Shown here: positions 1-12,860 of the stretch, piece after piece | Layout of the letters: each line of letters starts with the position of its first letter | Position numbering within the stretch: the stretch's first letter is position 1 | Made by a program: the position numbers and the translations under genes | The notes under the pieces: generated by a model | What the model was told of the DNA's origin: nothing | The model's input: only the letters and a program-made list of their open reading frames with translations | Database searches by the model: none | NCBI RefSeq assembly: GCF_006345805.1 | Contig: NC_042998.1 | Coordinates: forward strand, 171,182,001 to 171,246,000 | Length of the DNA stretch: 64,000 bases | Reading direction: 5' to 3' | Source of the DNA: Octopus sinensis | Lineage: Eukaryota

Positions 1-19
1 TTCTTAAATAGTACCCGAA

Positions 20-1083
20 TTATTTAGAGATTTCAAATCCATCTGTTACCATCTTGGGCTCTTCATTCATTTTCTTCATTGCGCTTGTGTATTCACGAAT
101 GAGTCCATTACCTTCATAAGTAGATGGGACAACAGTAACACTTGTTTTTAGGTTCCCTCCTATTTCATTTTCTTTGTATAATTCTGTTGTTCTCAGCATC
201 ATGTTCAGGAAATAATCTCCTATATGTTTCTTCAGTATACTTCCTTAAATGTTGTTTCGTTAAAAAATAGAAAAGGTCCAGAAATTGACTCACCTTTAAA
301 TTTCCTTGGGTTATGTAAATACTTCAAGAGAGTCAAGGTTTCGACATTTCTTCTCTTATTATATCTATGCATAAGTCTTTCACGAAGATTTAGAGCCAAA
401 GGGTTGCCGACGATATTAAGTTTATTCAATAAAAATTCTATAGAATATTCCGCTTTCAGTAAACCCGTATCATCAGCGCAAATAGCCTTCAAAATAATTT
501 CTATTGAACGCAGAATTTCATATAGTAAATTGAGAGATTTCCATTCTTCGTCAGCGACGGCATCTGTGGAAAGTTCTGCTCGTAGAGCATTTGGAATGCA
601 GCTTTTCAATTTCAAAAATCTCTCAATCATATGGAATGTGCTTTTCCACCGAGTTCTACAATCCAGTACAACTTTATATTCTCTGTTATCAAAGTTCGCT
701 CGTACAAAATCTTGCAAAATTTCATTTTTTGTAGGAGATTTACGGAAAAGTTTTGAAATTTTTCTTACGTTATTTAAAACTTTGTTAAATTCAGGTTTTA
801 GCTGGGGAAAACAAGCATTTTCGTGAGCCAAATCTGTTTGACAAAGTATATCTTGTTGGCTTATATAATTTTTTTACACAAAGTAAATAATTTTTTTAAA
901 ACAAAGTAAATAAAACACAAAAACACAAAGTAAGGATCGACTAGTCACGACTAGCTTGCGCGAGTGCGCGCACCGGGACCACTCTTCTTAAGTAGTACCC
1001 GCGAAAACCGGTTTTTAACCGGTTTTGAGAATTACTTATACTTGAACTCGGTTTGGGGAATTATCGGTTTTTTGCGAGCTTTG
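20..1083 (-). mobile_element. hAT (Ac-like) DNA transposon, 5' part with disrupted transposase
   Basis: ORF 232..831 contains VLDCRTRWKSTFHMIERFLKLK (hAT D..TRW.S motif). AAACCG-rich subterminal region at ~1000-1083. The element runs off the left edge of the window. Confidence 0.85.
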
Positions 1084-1174
1084 TCAGGTAGTAACCAACA
1101 ATTTTTTTATTTAAAATACTAGAATTGTAAGTGCAAGTCTGTCAGCACAATAGAGCATAGACTTCAAAAAAGGT

Positions 1175-1206
<32 letters not shown>

Positions 1207-1274
1207 TGTATGTATGTATGTATGTATGTATGTATGTATGTATGTATGTATCTGTCTATTTATATATTGCCCTA

Positions 1275-2079
1275 GGATCTTTACCTTTTGACCGACAGAT
1301 TTAAAAAATAATTTTTTTGTAATTAAACACTTTCAGACTTCGTATACTGGTAGAATGTGTCATATAAAACTTCTTTTACTCTTAGCGTTTTTGAGAAAAG
1401 CTTATGTTTACGAAGTTATTTCGTTTTAAAGTTCTCGTATTTCGGTAATTTCAACCAATCAATGACGTGTATTCAGCTCAATAAAATTACTCCTGTTGTT
1501 TGTCAACAACAGCTTCCGGCAGAGTATATTTCGTTTGTCACTGTTATTTACGACATATTTCATCTCAATTACGTTTGTATGAATAAACGAGTGTATCTGA
1601 AGCATGTTTACTTCATGCCACCACCATAATCGTTTGTATTTCATTTAAAAATTTTTTTCTGTAACTCTAACATTAAAACCCCAACCCTAACCTTAACTCT
1701 AAAACCTTAACTCTAACCCTAACACCCTAGTCTTAACCCTAAAACCCTAACCCTAACTCTAAAACCTTAAAGCTAAAACCAGTACAAACGCACGAACGAT
1801 GTCATAAATAACAGTGACAAACGAAAAATACACCGCTGATAGTTGTTGACAAACAACGGCAGTAATTTTATTCAGCTGAATACACGTCATTAATTGGTTG
1901 AAATTACCGAAATACTACAACTTTAACAAGAAGTTACTCCCATAATACAGAATTTTCTCAACAACGCCATGAGTAAAAGATGTTTTTATGTGACACATTC
2001 TACAAGTATTACGCAGTTTGAAAGTGTTTAGTTAAAAAAAAATTATTTTTTAAATCTGTCGGTCAAAAGGTAAAGATCC
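1275..2079. mobile_element. Merlin-like long-TIR MITE with a central degenerate (CCCTAA)n array
   Basis: Ends GGATCTTTACCTTTTGACCGACAG and its reverse complement; ~280-bp inverted arms; 8-bp TSD TTGCCCTA/TTGCGCTA; telomere-like core ~1670-1770. Confidence 0.8.
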
Positions 2080-2264
2080 TTGCGCTACCTCTCTCTCTCT
2101 CTCTTTATATATATGTATATATAATGATATAGTTAGTCTTTTGTGTGTGTGTGTGTGTGTGTGTTTCTGTGTCTTTCAACATATAGACAACGCAACACAG
2201 ATTAAAAAAAAAAGACTTTTACTTTGAACAATTTATGAAGGTACGTGCTTGATTAACAAATATT

Positions 2265-2702
2265 GGATCTTTTCGGTTTGAATGGCAGTTTTTAAAATAT
2301 TTTCCACGTAACTAAGCACTTTTAAACTTTGTATACTGGTAGAATGTGTTCATAAAACATCTTGTTCTCTTGGCTTTATTGAGAAAATTCTATAGGTTGT
2401 AACATATTTGTTGTTTTTTTCCTTCAATTTCAACCAATCAATGACGTCTATTGAGGTGAAAACATTCTGTGCCGTATGAATATGTCCCTCGTTTAAGAAA
2501 CAGATTGGGTTTATTTACATTTGTGAAGAAAAAAGATACCCTCCCCCACCACTAACCCTAACCTTAACCCTTACTAACCCTAACTCTAACCATAACCCTA
2601 AAACAGATTGAAATGCAATAGATCGATACTAGGGTCATAATTATGGGTGACAATTTCATATGACACCGCTAGAAAAAACTGCCGTTCAAACCGAAAAGAT
2701 CC
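2265..2702. mobile_element. Related GGATC-ended MITE subfamily with CCCTAA core
   Basis: TIR GGATCTTTTCGGTTTGAA / TTCAAACCGAAAAGATCC; near-TSD CAAATATT/CAATATTT; internal motifs shared with 1275-2079. Confidence 0.75.
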
Positions 2703-2936
2703 CAATATTTTTACCGGCAGCATAGCGAAGAGAAAGACCTAGTATTTTATAAGACACGTGTTATCTGTCCTTTCCGTTCGCTTTCTTTCTCGTCTCATTT
2801 TGATCCTTGTCTCTTTTCTCAATCACTTTCAAATCCAAGCACGTGTGTTTAATAAATGCAGTACATTCTTTAATGTTAGATTTGTGAACATGCGTATGTG
2901 TGAGAGAGAGAGAGAGAAAGAGAAAGAGAGAGCGGG

Positions 2937-2980
<44 letters not shown>

Positions 2981-3565
2981 GGAACGAGAGAGAGAGAGAG
3001 AGAGAGAGAGAAAATCTACTTTTGTTGAACTCTGGACTGGGTGAATCAACTGTATTGTAGTAGTTTGAACTTTACATTTGTGCAGCTTTTGTCATTTTCA
3101 GATTTTATGCGTCTGAAGTGATGCATAATAGAGACTGTGGATGTCTTTCTGTTTTGATAATTTATTTCCTCTTTCTTCTCCACTCCTTTTTATCCTGTTT
3201 TCTTTCTGTTTATTTTTATGTGAATTGTTTTCTTTTTCACTATTGTTCGTCTGAATTTTTTCTATAATATTCTCAAATGAAATAAACTGGTCAATTCAGA
3301 GTCTGTATCAAAGTCGTTCGCCTTTGTTTTCCTTCTCTATCTGTATTATATATATTTAATGTTATTTAATGTATTATCACTATTTTCTTTTATAAATAGT
3401 TGCTAGCGGTTCGCTTTGAGTTTTAAATATTTGTTTTCCTGTAATATGTCTCTTAGAATCAGATTCTAGGTAAGTTGGCGTTTTTAAGTATGATAAAAAA
3501 TAAAATACAAGCACACACATCGTGTGTGTATGTATGTAGGTATGCATGTGTATATGTGAGGATGA

Positions 3566-3886
3566 GGAGTACTCCGTCGGTTGCGACGATGAGGGTCCCA
3601 GCTGATACGATCAACGGAACAGCTTACTCGTGGAATTAACGTGTAAGTGGCTGAGCACTCCATAAACACGTGTACCCTTAACGTAGTTCTCGGGGAGATT
3701 CAGCGTGACACAGTGTGTGACGAGGCTGGCCCTTTGAAATACAGGTACTACTCGTTTTTGCCGGCTGAGTGGACTAGAGCAACATGAAATAAAGTGTCTT
3801 GCTCAAGGACAACGCGCCGCCGGGAATTGAACTCACGACCTTACGATCATGAGCCGAATGCCCCTAACCACTAAACCACGCGCCTT
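3566..3886 (-). mobile_element. tRNA-derived SINE with CORE-like central domain
   Basis: Minus strand has A box (GGTTTAGTGG), B box (GAGTTCAATTCCC), then TTGTCCTTGAGCAAGACACTT, resembling the CORE domain. Confidence 0.7.
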
Positions 3887-4034
3887 CACTGTATGTATGC
3901 ATGTATGTATGTATGTTTGTGTGTGTGTGTGTGTGTGGATGGATGGATGCATACATGCATGCTTGCATACATGAATGCATGTGTGGGTGTATGTGAAGCG
4001 TTTGGAAAACTTGAATCGGGGCCGTCGCCGCAAT

Positions 4035-4510
4035 CTGACATTAAAACAGCACCTTCCGTCCAGCCCTATCGAGCCTTAATCGCATTTTTGTATGGCTGCA
4101 AAACCTGGACAACTTACTACAGCCATGTCCAACGCCCTAAAGCGATTCCTCCAACGATGCTTAAGTAATATCCTGAAGATCTCATGTACCTGATACGAGA
4201 GTACTGCAGCGGGCGAAAATGACAAGTATCGATTCCATGATTATGAAACACCAACTTAGATGGCCTGGTCATCTTGCCCGTTTAGAGGAGACTCGTATGC
4301 CAAAACAGGTGTTTGTATGGTGGTCTGGAGCAAGGAAAACGTTCCCAGTGCAAGAGACGTAAGCGTTTCTAAGACAATCTTAAAGACACACTTAAAAAGA
4401 TCAATATCGATAACACCTGGGAAGATCTTGCATCATATAGGAAGCTATGCAGGAATGTGATTGCTACTGGTATTTAAGAATTCGAGAATAATAATAATAG
4501 GGTTACATTC
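4035..4510 (+). mobile_element. RTE-clade LINE fragment (RT C-terminus), degenerate
   Basis: Frameshifted LYGCKTWT / [20 protein letters not shown] / KDTLKK motifs. Confidence 0.75.
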
Positions 4511-5018
4511 ACTGAGTTGGAACGTGCTGGTAAATATATAGAAGATGTGAACTCTCTTTCTGAGAAGGACACGAAAGAGTCCCTTTTGTGTGGCCAATGT
4601 GATCGTGTCTGCTTCTCGAAGGCAGAACGGAAGCGCCCACGTCTACCAATGTGATATTCAGCATGTTCTATCGTGCACCTTCTGTAGTATGTATGTGGGT
4701 CAACTTCCACCATGTATGCATGCGCGCGCGCATGTGTACGTATGCACAATGGCTCAGTTATCTGTTTTATCATCACGATATGATATATCCTCACTGAATC
4801 TATTGGCGGAACTATCATGATGTTATTATCTAGAGCGTGTTTGTAAAATATGGATGTAGTTTTTTTGGGTTTTATTACGCATAGCTGTTTCATTGTTTAC
4901 TGAACTTTTCATCTATATTTCAAATTGTCTCTCCTGAGTAAGTTTCAAGGAGGTTTGTTCTTGATAATTCTTGGCAGTATATTTCTTACTTTGCGGTTTA
5001 TTGTAGGTTTAAGACATC

Positions 5019-5305
5019 GGATCTGTACCTTTTGACCGACAGATTTAAAAAGTAATACACCACCGAAGTTCTTGTTGACAAATAACAGCAGTAATTTTAT
5101 TCAGCTGAATATACATCATTGATTGGTTGAAATTACCGAAATATGAGAACTTTAACGTGAAATAACTCCCTAATTATAAGCTTTTCTCAAAAACTCTAAG
5201 AGTAAAAGATGTTTTATATGACACATTCTACGAGTGTCCGGAGTTTGAAAGTGTTTAGATACAAAAAATTATTTTTTAAATCTGTCGGTCAAAAGGTAAA
5301 GATTC
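5019..5305. mobile_element. Internally deleted 287-bp copy of the Merlin-like MITE
   Basis: Perfect 8-bp TSD AAGACATC at 5011-5018 and 5306-5313; same termini as 1275-2079. Confidence 0.85.
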
Positions 5306-5382
5306 AAGACATCTTGCAATTCTTTTCACAGGCGTGCTAGTCAAAATGATAAAATAAATTACTGATCTGCGGACTTACTTGT

Positions 5383-5422
<40 letters not shown>

Positions 5423-5905
5423 GCGTGTGCATGTGCACGCGCGCGTATGTGTGTGTGTGTGAGCGCGTTTGTGTGTGCATAAGAGAGGAGATTGCGTGTG
5501 TATATGTGTGTTGTGTATGAGCCTGTGTGTATTGTGTATGTATATGTGTATGTGTGTGTGCGCGCGCGCGCGCGTGTGAATATGTGAGTGTGTGTGAGTA
5601 TATCGCAAAAGTACGATGAACCTTTCTGGTCCATCAGAATTGACGGAACTATTCAAGATTAAATGAGAAATGAATATGCCACAGCTTTTGTGCTTTCTGA
5701 AATGGCTAAAGCGACTATCTCACGTTGTAAATGTTTCTGTAAATACACAGGTCAGGGATCAGGTTACTGGTCAAACAAGTACAGCTCTGAAAATACACTC
5801 ACACACACACACACACACACACACCTAAATACATACTTACGATATATTGTACGAGCCTATATATTTGTATATAAGTACATACTTACGAGCCTATATATTT
5901 GTTAA

Positions 5906-5995
<90 letters not shown>

Positions 5996-6341
5996 CACAC
6001 ATACACACAAGCGTGCATTTACACATGCGCATACACACGTATCCATACATGAATTATATATTTATACACACACACGCACACGCATACATATATATACGAA
6101 CATATACGCACGCGCGCACACACACACACACTACCTACTAACCCGGATATAACAGGTGCACGTTTCCATGTGATATCGCTCTCACATTGAAAGCAAATCG
6201 ACACGTCTAGACTGTTAACCAGGACACGTGTGAACAATAGGTGTACTTAACATTTCATTCTGGGAAGTGGAGTGATATACGACTACTGATGATTATCGTG
6301 GTGGAGACGAGACAAGCTTATGAACAAAATCTTTTAACTTT

Positions 6342-6800
6342 AAGGCGACGAGCTGGCAGAAACGTTAGCACACGGGCGAAATACTTATGAAGGCGGCGAA
6401 CTGGCAGAGACACAGGGCGAAATGCTTAGCGGTATTTCGTCCGCCGCTGCGTTCTGAGTTCAAATTCCGCCGAGGTCGACTTTGCCTTTCATTCTTTCGG
6501 GGTTGATAAATTAAGTACCAGTTACGCACTGTGGTCGATGTAATCGACTTAATCCGCTTGTCTGTCCTTGTTTGTCCCTCTATGTTTAGCCCCTTGTGGG
6601 CAATAAAGAAATAAGAAACGTTAGCACTCCGGGCGAAATACTTTGCGGCATTTCCTCTGTCTTTATGTTTTGAGGTCAAATTGCGCCGAGGACGACTTTG
6701 CCTTTCATCCTTTCGGTGTCGATAAATTAAGTACCAGTTGCATACTGGGTCGATCTAATTGACTGGCCACCTCCCTCAAAATTTCAGGCCTTGTGCCTAG
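6342..6800 (+). mobile_element. tRNA-derived SINE (family B), two tandem units
   Basis: GGCGGCGAGCTGGCAGAAACGTTAGC head, GAGTTCAAATTCC B box, GAGGTCGACTTTGCCTTTCATCCTTTCGGGGTCGATAA core; many copies in the window. Confidence 0.8.
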
Positions 6801-6939
6801 AGTAAAAATAATTAAAAATAAAAACTTTTAACTCTCTTAATATGTGAAGAGTGCTATTCTCTTTATCTATCTATCTGTCTATCTATGTGTGAGTGTGTGT
6901 GTGTTTAAACACACACCCAGGTGTGTGTGCAAACGAGCT

Positions 6940-8400
6940 AAGGTGCATCCATCTGTCGGGACAGAATTTTGGAACATTCTTGTTAGTGTTTTACAAGGAA
7001 GCACCATTGCACCGTCATATTCTGTTATGACTGTCATCCTCATTCCAATAGATCACAAGGAACATAGCTTTACTCTCACATAATGCAAAAGTTCCAGATA
7101 TCCAGCCTCTACTATAACTGATGGAAATTACGCTAATGACTTAGCCTCTAGTGTTAAATAAGACTGCAAAAGCCATAGTCTAGAACCGGGGTTCCCAACC
7201 ATTTTAAAAATTTATTTACGGACCCCTTTGATTACTATTTTATTCTGGTGGACCCCCTTCGCCATTCGATGTTTAAAAACTAGTTTTCCAGAAACTTCTT
7301 TCAAAATTTCTATTTTAATTTTCACACATCAACTTGTGTGTGTTGATCTATGTAAAATGTCAAAGAAAGAAACCTAGCTGTTTCTTGCAGTGCATACCAA
7401 TATATACATCTAAAAGCAAATTTTTTTCAGGAGCCCTTAAAATATTATTGGGGATCCCAAATTTACCATTTTGTTGCATGGACCCCCCCCCCCCCCAATT
7501 TTATATGGATGCTCAGGAGCCATATGGACTCCAGTTGAGAACCACTGATCTAGAAGGCGGCATGTGGTGGCGCGGTGCATTGATTTCTATATTAACGCTA
7601 GAAAAACAGAATTCTTCAGATTCAGTTTCGAAGGTACCATCATCTCGTTTTTTGGAAGCTCGATAAACCAGTAAGTTCTTTCACGTAAATAAACTCTGTC
7701 TCGCGTCCTAGAATTCATAAGGGCCAGTTTCTCGATTGTCCATGCCGTATAAGTGACTGAGATCAATATCTTCCCCCAGTGCTGAGTTGACTGAACCAAC
7801 CTGAAATGAAGTACTTTGCTCAAAAACACAACGCATCACTCGATCTGGGAACTGAGACTACGGTGTTGCGATTGCAACACCTTAACCACTAGAACACGCG
7901 CTTTCCCTTCTTTCACGTACCTCTTATGTAATAGTATTTACAGGGTCAGGTGTTAAACTTGTTATGAGCTAAGCTTGTGCAGCAGTTAACAGTTTTCGCA
8001 TAATATGGAAATCCCAGCTCTGAGAGAATCTGAAAAAGAACTTCTTCTGTGTTTCTTTATGCGTCTTTCACATAGGCACTAGCCAAACGGCTTGAAAGTA
8101 TGTTAGATGGCTGCTCTATGCGCGAGCTTCATACCTTTTTGAATACGTCCTGGAAAAAGCACCTCACCAAAGAAAGATAATACAATCAGCTTCTGAAAGT
8201 ATCAGACAACTGCTGGAAAAGTAGTGAGGAGTTGATTAATGATACCCTACTTTGGATTCCCCAATATGGCCGTAGTCGCAATGGATGCCCTGTGGAGACA
8301 TACGTCGATCAGTTAACAGATAACACTCAATGTCACTGAGAGAAACTTTTTCATGTCATGGAAAATAAAGAGTGGGGAGGAGTAGGATCAGGGTCATGTG
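6940..8400 (+). mobile_element. Decayed RTE-like LINE RT region, interrupted by a hAT MITE and a SINE
   Basis: VLQGSTIAP and YANDLA-like motifs at 6940-7160; downstream part matches the LINE at 23650-24190. Confidence 0.55.
7186..7547. mobile_element. hAT (Charlie-type) MITE
   Basis: TIR CCGGGGTTCCCAAC / GTTGAGAACCACTG; 8-bp TSD GTCTAGAA/ATCTAGAA (nTCTAGAn target). Confidence 0.85.
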
Positions 8401-8599
8401 AATTCGAGAGAGAGAGAGGGCAGAGGACTCTCTCTCTCTCTCTCTGTATACATTGGGACCAACTTCGTGCAAGTATGAAGGCAGGCTGGCAAAACGTTGC
8501 TTCTCTAAATGAAAACCTTACCTACCATTGTGGTTTTGTGGTATGGTGCAAAGCAGACCTTGCCGTCCACTAAAAAAACAAAAAAAAACAAAAAAAAAA

Positions 8600-8790
8600 A
8601 CAGATAGTAAATGATCCACAAGTTCTTGAGCAAACCGAATCCTCAACTTGTTCCATTTGCCAAAAAGTTTGCAAGGCACCAGCAGGCCTCAAGAGACACA
8701 TTCATGTCCATTGAATATGATTGCCGCTTTATTTTACTGAACCCTCATTTGTTGTTCATGACGAGAGAATCCATCATATGCATACATGGT
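8600..8790 (+). mobile_element. RTE LINE 3' end (C2H2-like finger)
   Basis: Encodes CSICQKVCKAPAGLKRHIHVH. Confidence 0.5.
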
Positions 8791-9499
8791 GGCTGCCCCC
8801 TCGTTATCGAGTATGGCCATTGCACGAAGCTTAATCAATGTTGTTATCGTGCAATGCCTGTGCAAGAAGATATTTTTTTAAGTGAGGAAAGGCTGTGCAC
8901 TGAGTCAATCCCACTCACTAAGCAACAGCAGCCATAATCCGAAAAGAAGAACAAGTCAACATCATCGGTAACCACTGAGCCGCAGGTTTTACGTCGGAGT
9001 TATCCCAGTTATCTGAGTTGCCTTCTCCTAGAAGGATGCCCTGACAAAGGCTAGGAGTCCTTCACTCCCAATGGTTTAACTGCGCGATCGGGTATTCAAT
9101 CCGATTATTTCTATGTCCCCGCGCATGATACAGCTTTAAGACATTTATTGGATGGCCGTTGACTCTCAAGAGTTCCTCCGCCCTTTGACGGGTTTTGTTT
9201 TTCATCTCGCAGGGTGACCAATAAACACCCTCCTCACCAAGCGAGCTTGGTAGGGTTGCCGATATTAATTTATATTAATTTATGTATGTGCATATACGTG
9301 CCCACACTCACACAAACACGCATGTTTCTCTTGTGTCTTTATATGAAGGTATGTATGTTTTCGTTATTTCTATGGTCCTAGGTTTTTCTTATTGCATGTA
9401 ATACCATGGCGTGTGCAGTATGATCGCATCCTTTGACATGGCAAGAATTAGGTTAAGTACATGCAGAGACAGAGACAAAAGTAGCTTCAAAGTTTGATG

Positions 9500-9800
9500 C
9501 CATACTTCATAAAAATGTTTCAAAAAACTTTTCGAATCTGGAGAAGCGTATTTACTTCCCAAGTATAGCGTTTTACTTCTCTGCAGTCTGTCCTTGAAAT
9601 GAAAACCGGGTCTTTCACTGAAGAGATAGCATCCATTGGATTTTCTTGGATATTATTGCCTCACATCAGAACACCACAGGGATATCTGTGATTTGGAAAA
9701 TGTTGTAATTCCTCTACTTTGCAGCTTTCAAGAATCGTGGAATCGTGCTCTTCACTGTAGTATTTAAATTTTCTTTTAATCTTATAAACGTTACCTTCTA
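9500..9800 (-). mobile_element. Possible CACTA/EnSpm transposase remnant
   Basis: QHFPNHRYPCGVLM resembles the FPNH...CG..L motif of animal CACTA proteins; short and degenerate. Confidence 0.3.
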
Positions 9801-9828
9801 CCCACGATTCAGAACATAGACAGATATA

Positions 9829-9865
<37 letters not shown>

Positions 9866-9929
9866 ATAACAAATTAATAAATAAAACATATGCATATAAA
9901 CATACATATATGTACGTACCTACATCTTC

Positions 9930-10140
9930 ATGTATATATACATGCATATATGGGTACAGGACACCAAAAAAAAAAAAAAAAAACGTTGAACACAATGATA
10001 AACGAAAACATAAACACAAAACCAAGGAAATGGACATTTTTCTTAAACAACGAAAAAATAGAGTACAAGACATTCAACACAAGGAACATTCACCTTCTTC
10101 AGCCGCCTCTGTTTCATCTACTCCGCGTTTCGAAGGTATT
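9930..10140 (-). mobile_element. Penelope-like LTR remnant carrying the 3' half of a permuted hammerhead motif
   Basis: Minus strand: CTTC-GAAA-25 nt-CTGAAGA-AGGTGAATG, then a T-rich tail ending in a microsatellite; cut upstream by a LINE tail. Confidence 0.5.
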
Positions 10141-10149
10141 GCATATATT

Positions 10150-10608
10150 TCATCATCATCATCATCATCGTTTAGCGTCCGCTTTCCATGCTAGCATGGG
10201 TTGGACGGTTCAACTGGGGTCTGGGACGCCAGAAGGCTACACCAGGCCCAGTCTGATCTGGCAATGTTTCTACGGCTGGATGCCCTTCCTAACGCCAACC
10301 ACTCCATGAGTGTAGTGGGTGCTTTTTACGTGCCACCGACACAGGTGCCAGACGAGTCTGGCAAACGGCCACGATCGGATGGTGCTTTTTATGTGCCACC
10401 GGCACGGGGGCCAGGTGAGGCTGGCAACGGCCACGGACGGATGGTGCTTTTTACGTGCCACCGGCACGAGGCCAGTCGGGGCGGCGCTGGCAACGGCCAC
10501 GTTCGGATGGTTCTCTTACGTTCCACCGGCACTGGTATCTCAGCTGCAATTTCCATTGATCGATTTCGATTCTGATTCTCACTTGCCTCAACAGGTCTTC
10601 ACAAGTAG

Positions 10609-10610
<2 letters not shown>
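10150..10610 (-). mobile_element. RTE LINE 3' UTR with tandem GTGCCGGTGGCAC units and (GAT)n tail
   Basis: The same sequence directly follows RT-coding DNA at 32690-33612 and 45290-46800. Confidence 0.8.
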
Positions 10611-10700
<90 letters not shown>

Positions 10701-11226
10701 CCAAAATCAGTTATATCATTAACTCGAAATGTTATAATGTTACATACCATCGATTATAAGTGCAGCTTGGTTAGTCATGCACAGTATTAATGGATTCACT
10801 GGTACATATCAACCCTTAATTGGTAAGACGACTGTGACCTGATTTTTGATAAAGCAATATGCTTCTATGACACAAACGGTACAATCAATAGTGTACATCT
10901 AATGTATGTGTGCCGCAAGGACACTGTTGTAGTAAACAGTAAATCAACCATGAGCAGAATATCTCTAAACATAGCTACATTTGTTTCTAGATTTTATTTA
11001 TTTTATATCGCACTTGATGAATACTAATATAAAAATGCAAAATGCAGTCTCCAGCATTGTCGTGAATAGCCAGGAAATGATAGACTCACGAATATATCTT
11101 TAATGAATGCTGTTTAGATTAAAGTTATAAATATGCTACAGTAAAGTGAACGCCTTCTCCCTCCCTCCCGCCTCTCTCTCTCTCTCCCTCCCTCCCGCCT
11201 CTCTCTCTCTCTCCCTCCCTCCCTCC

Positions 11227-11262
<36 letters not shown>

Positions 11263-12205
11263 ACTATTGCCTATTTCTTCCTCTCTTTCACCTCTTACTT
11301 CTATTTTTCCACGCAGGCAATCTTTCGTTATTTCTCACTCGAGTTCACATCGGAAGCAGATCGAATTACCACATAAAAAAGATCTTTTGTGAGCTCAAAT
11401 ATCTGTCTTCGTCTCGTGTCTCTTCTCTGTCTTACGTAAATGCCTTTTAATGAATTACAGGGGTTAGTAGATCACGTTCTTAACCCAGATCTTTGGGTTA
11501 GATATAAAACAGCTTTCCTACCAGAGAGGGAGTTAACTTATCATGTGTGACATTCTATAAATTTTTTTGTTGACCCAGATGAACTGAAAAATTTAGAAAA
11601 TATTTGCTCACACACACACACACACCTCCCCTCCTCCTCCTCCTCCTCCTCCTCTTTCCACCGGTGTATGCTTTTTAGAGCAGCAGGATCAACAACAGCA
11701 GCAGCAGCCGTTTGAATAGACCTCAGTATCTTACTGGTACATATTTTTTGGCCATGAAAAGGTAAAGTAAATTAAAGGGATGTTGAATAACAAGAAGCCA
11801 TTAAGTTAGCACTAACCATTTCGTCATCCATTACTTTCAATGTAGACGTAAGGCAAATATTTTGGGAGAAGGCAATCGCTGTACATACCTCCATTTGGGA
11901 GAGAGAGCTAGAAACTGTACTATCTTGCCTTTTTTGAGAGGTGGGGCGGTTGACCGCTGCAGTTATCTCCATTTGGGAGAGGGAACTGTTTACAGCAAAA
12001 TTTGGATCTGCTGTACGAAACTCAATTTTAAGAAAGGGACAGTTCTTACCTCTAAAATAGGAAAAATCAAGATACTCTGTTTAAAATCCTTAGCATAACA
12101 TAAGAAATCAGAAAAGCTACATCCAGTACATGAAAATACACAGTAATGTTTTGCACAAATTCGTAACCTAATTATATAACCATCAAAAACCTTAAGCACA
12201 CTTAT

Positions 12206-12262
12206 TGAACACACGTGAGACACATGGGAACAGTATATTCCCACGTGTCTCACGTGTGTTCA
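12206..12262. other. 25-bp inverted repeat with 7-nt loop
   Basis: TGAACACACGTGAGACACATGGGAA / TTCCCACGTGTCTCACGTGTGTTCA, one mismatch. Confidence 0.9.
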
Positions 12263-12539
12263 TACTGATATAACATCAAAGTAAAAGAAGTATAAAGAAA
12301 TAAATAAAAAAAAACAAATAATTGAGAACATTTCTGCAACATGAGAAAACTTCTCAAAATAATTTGTAAAACGACTGAATAAATCTGATTGCGACAAACA
12401 ATAAAGCTACCTCTAGCTCCACATTTACATTTACTAGAGTCTCTACATAGTCGTTCATCCTGCTTGAAATAACAGCCAAATCACCCTCAAATCACTATCT
12501 ATAATCTTCAATAAGTAAAAATACATTATGAATAATCTT

Positions 12540-12860
12540 TTGCCTTTTCTTGTTTCACTCAGTGGACTGTAGCCATGCTGGATTACCACCTTGAAGGGTT
12601 TCATTCAAACGAATCGACCTCAGTACTTAGTTTTTTAAAGCCTAGTCCTTATTTATCGATATCTTTACTAACCACTAGGTTACGGAGACATAAGCAAACC
12701 AACACCGGTTGTCAAGTGGTAATGGACGACAAACAAAAACAAAGGCACACATACACATATACGCTGGGCGTCTTTCAGTTTCCGTCTACCCAGGGCTATA
12801 CTAGAAGACATTTGCCCAAGGTACCATGCAGTAGGACTGAACCGGACCGTGTAGTTGGGT
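12540..12860 (-). mobile_element. tRNA-derived SINE (family A), diverged
   Basis: Similar to the family A copies at 39557-39989 and 59062-59367. Confidence 0.65.

Noticed and set aside
224-826. 200-aa + strand ORF
   Set aside because: It is the antisense shadow of the hAT transposase ORF.
10300-10520. Regularly spaced ~25-bp repeats resembling a CRISPR array
   Set aside because: Eukaryotic context; the spacers are related to each other, and the array is a LINE 3' UTR.
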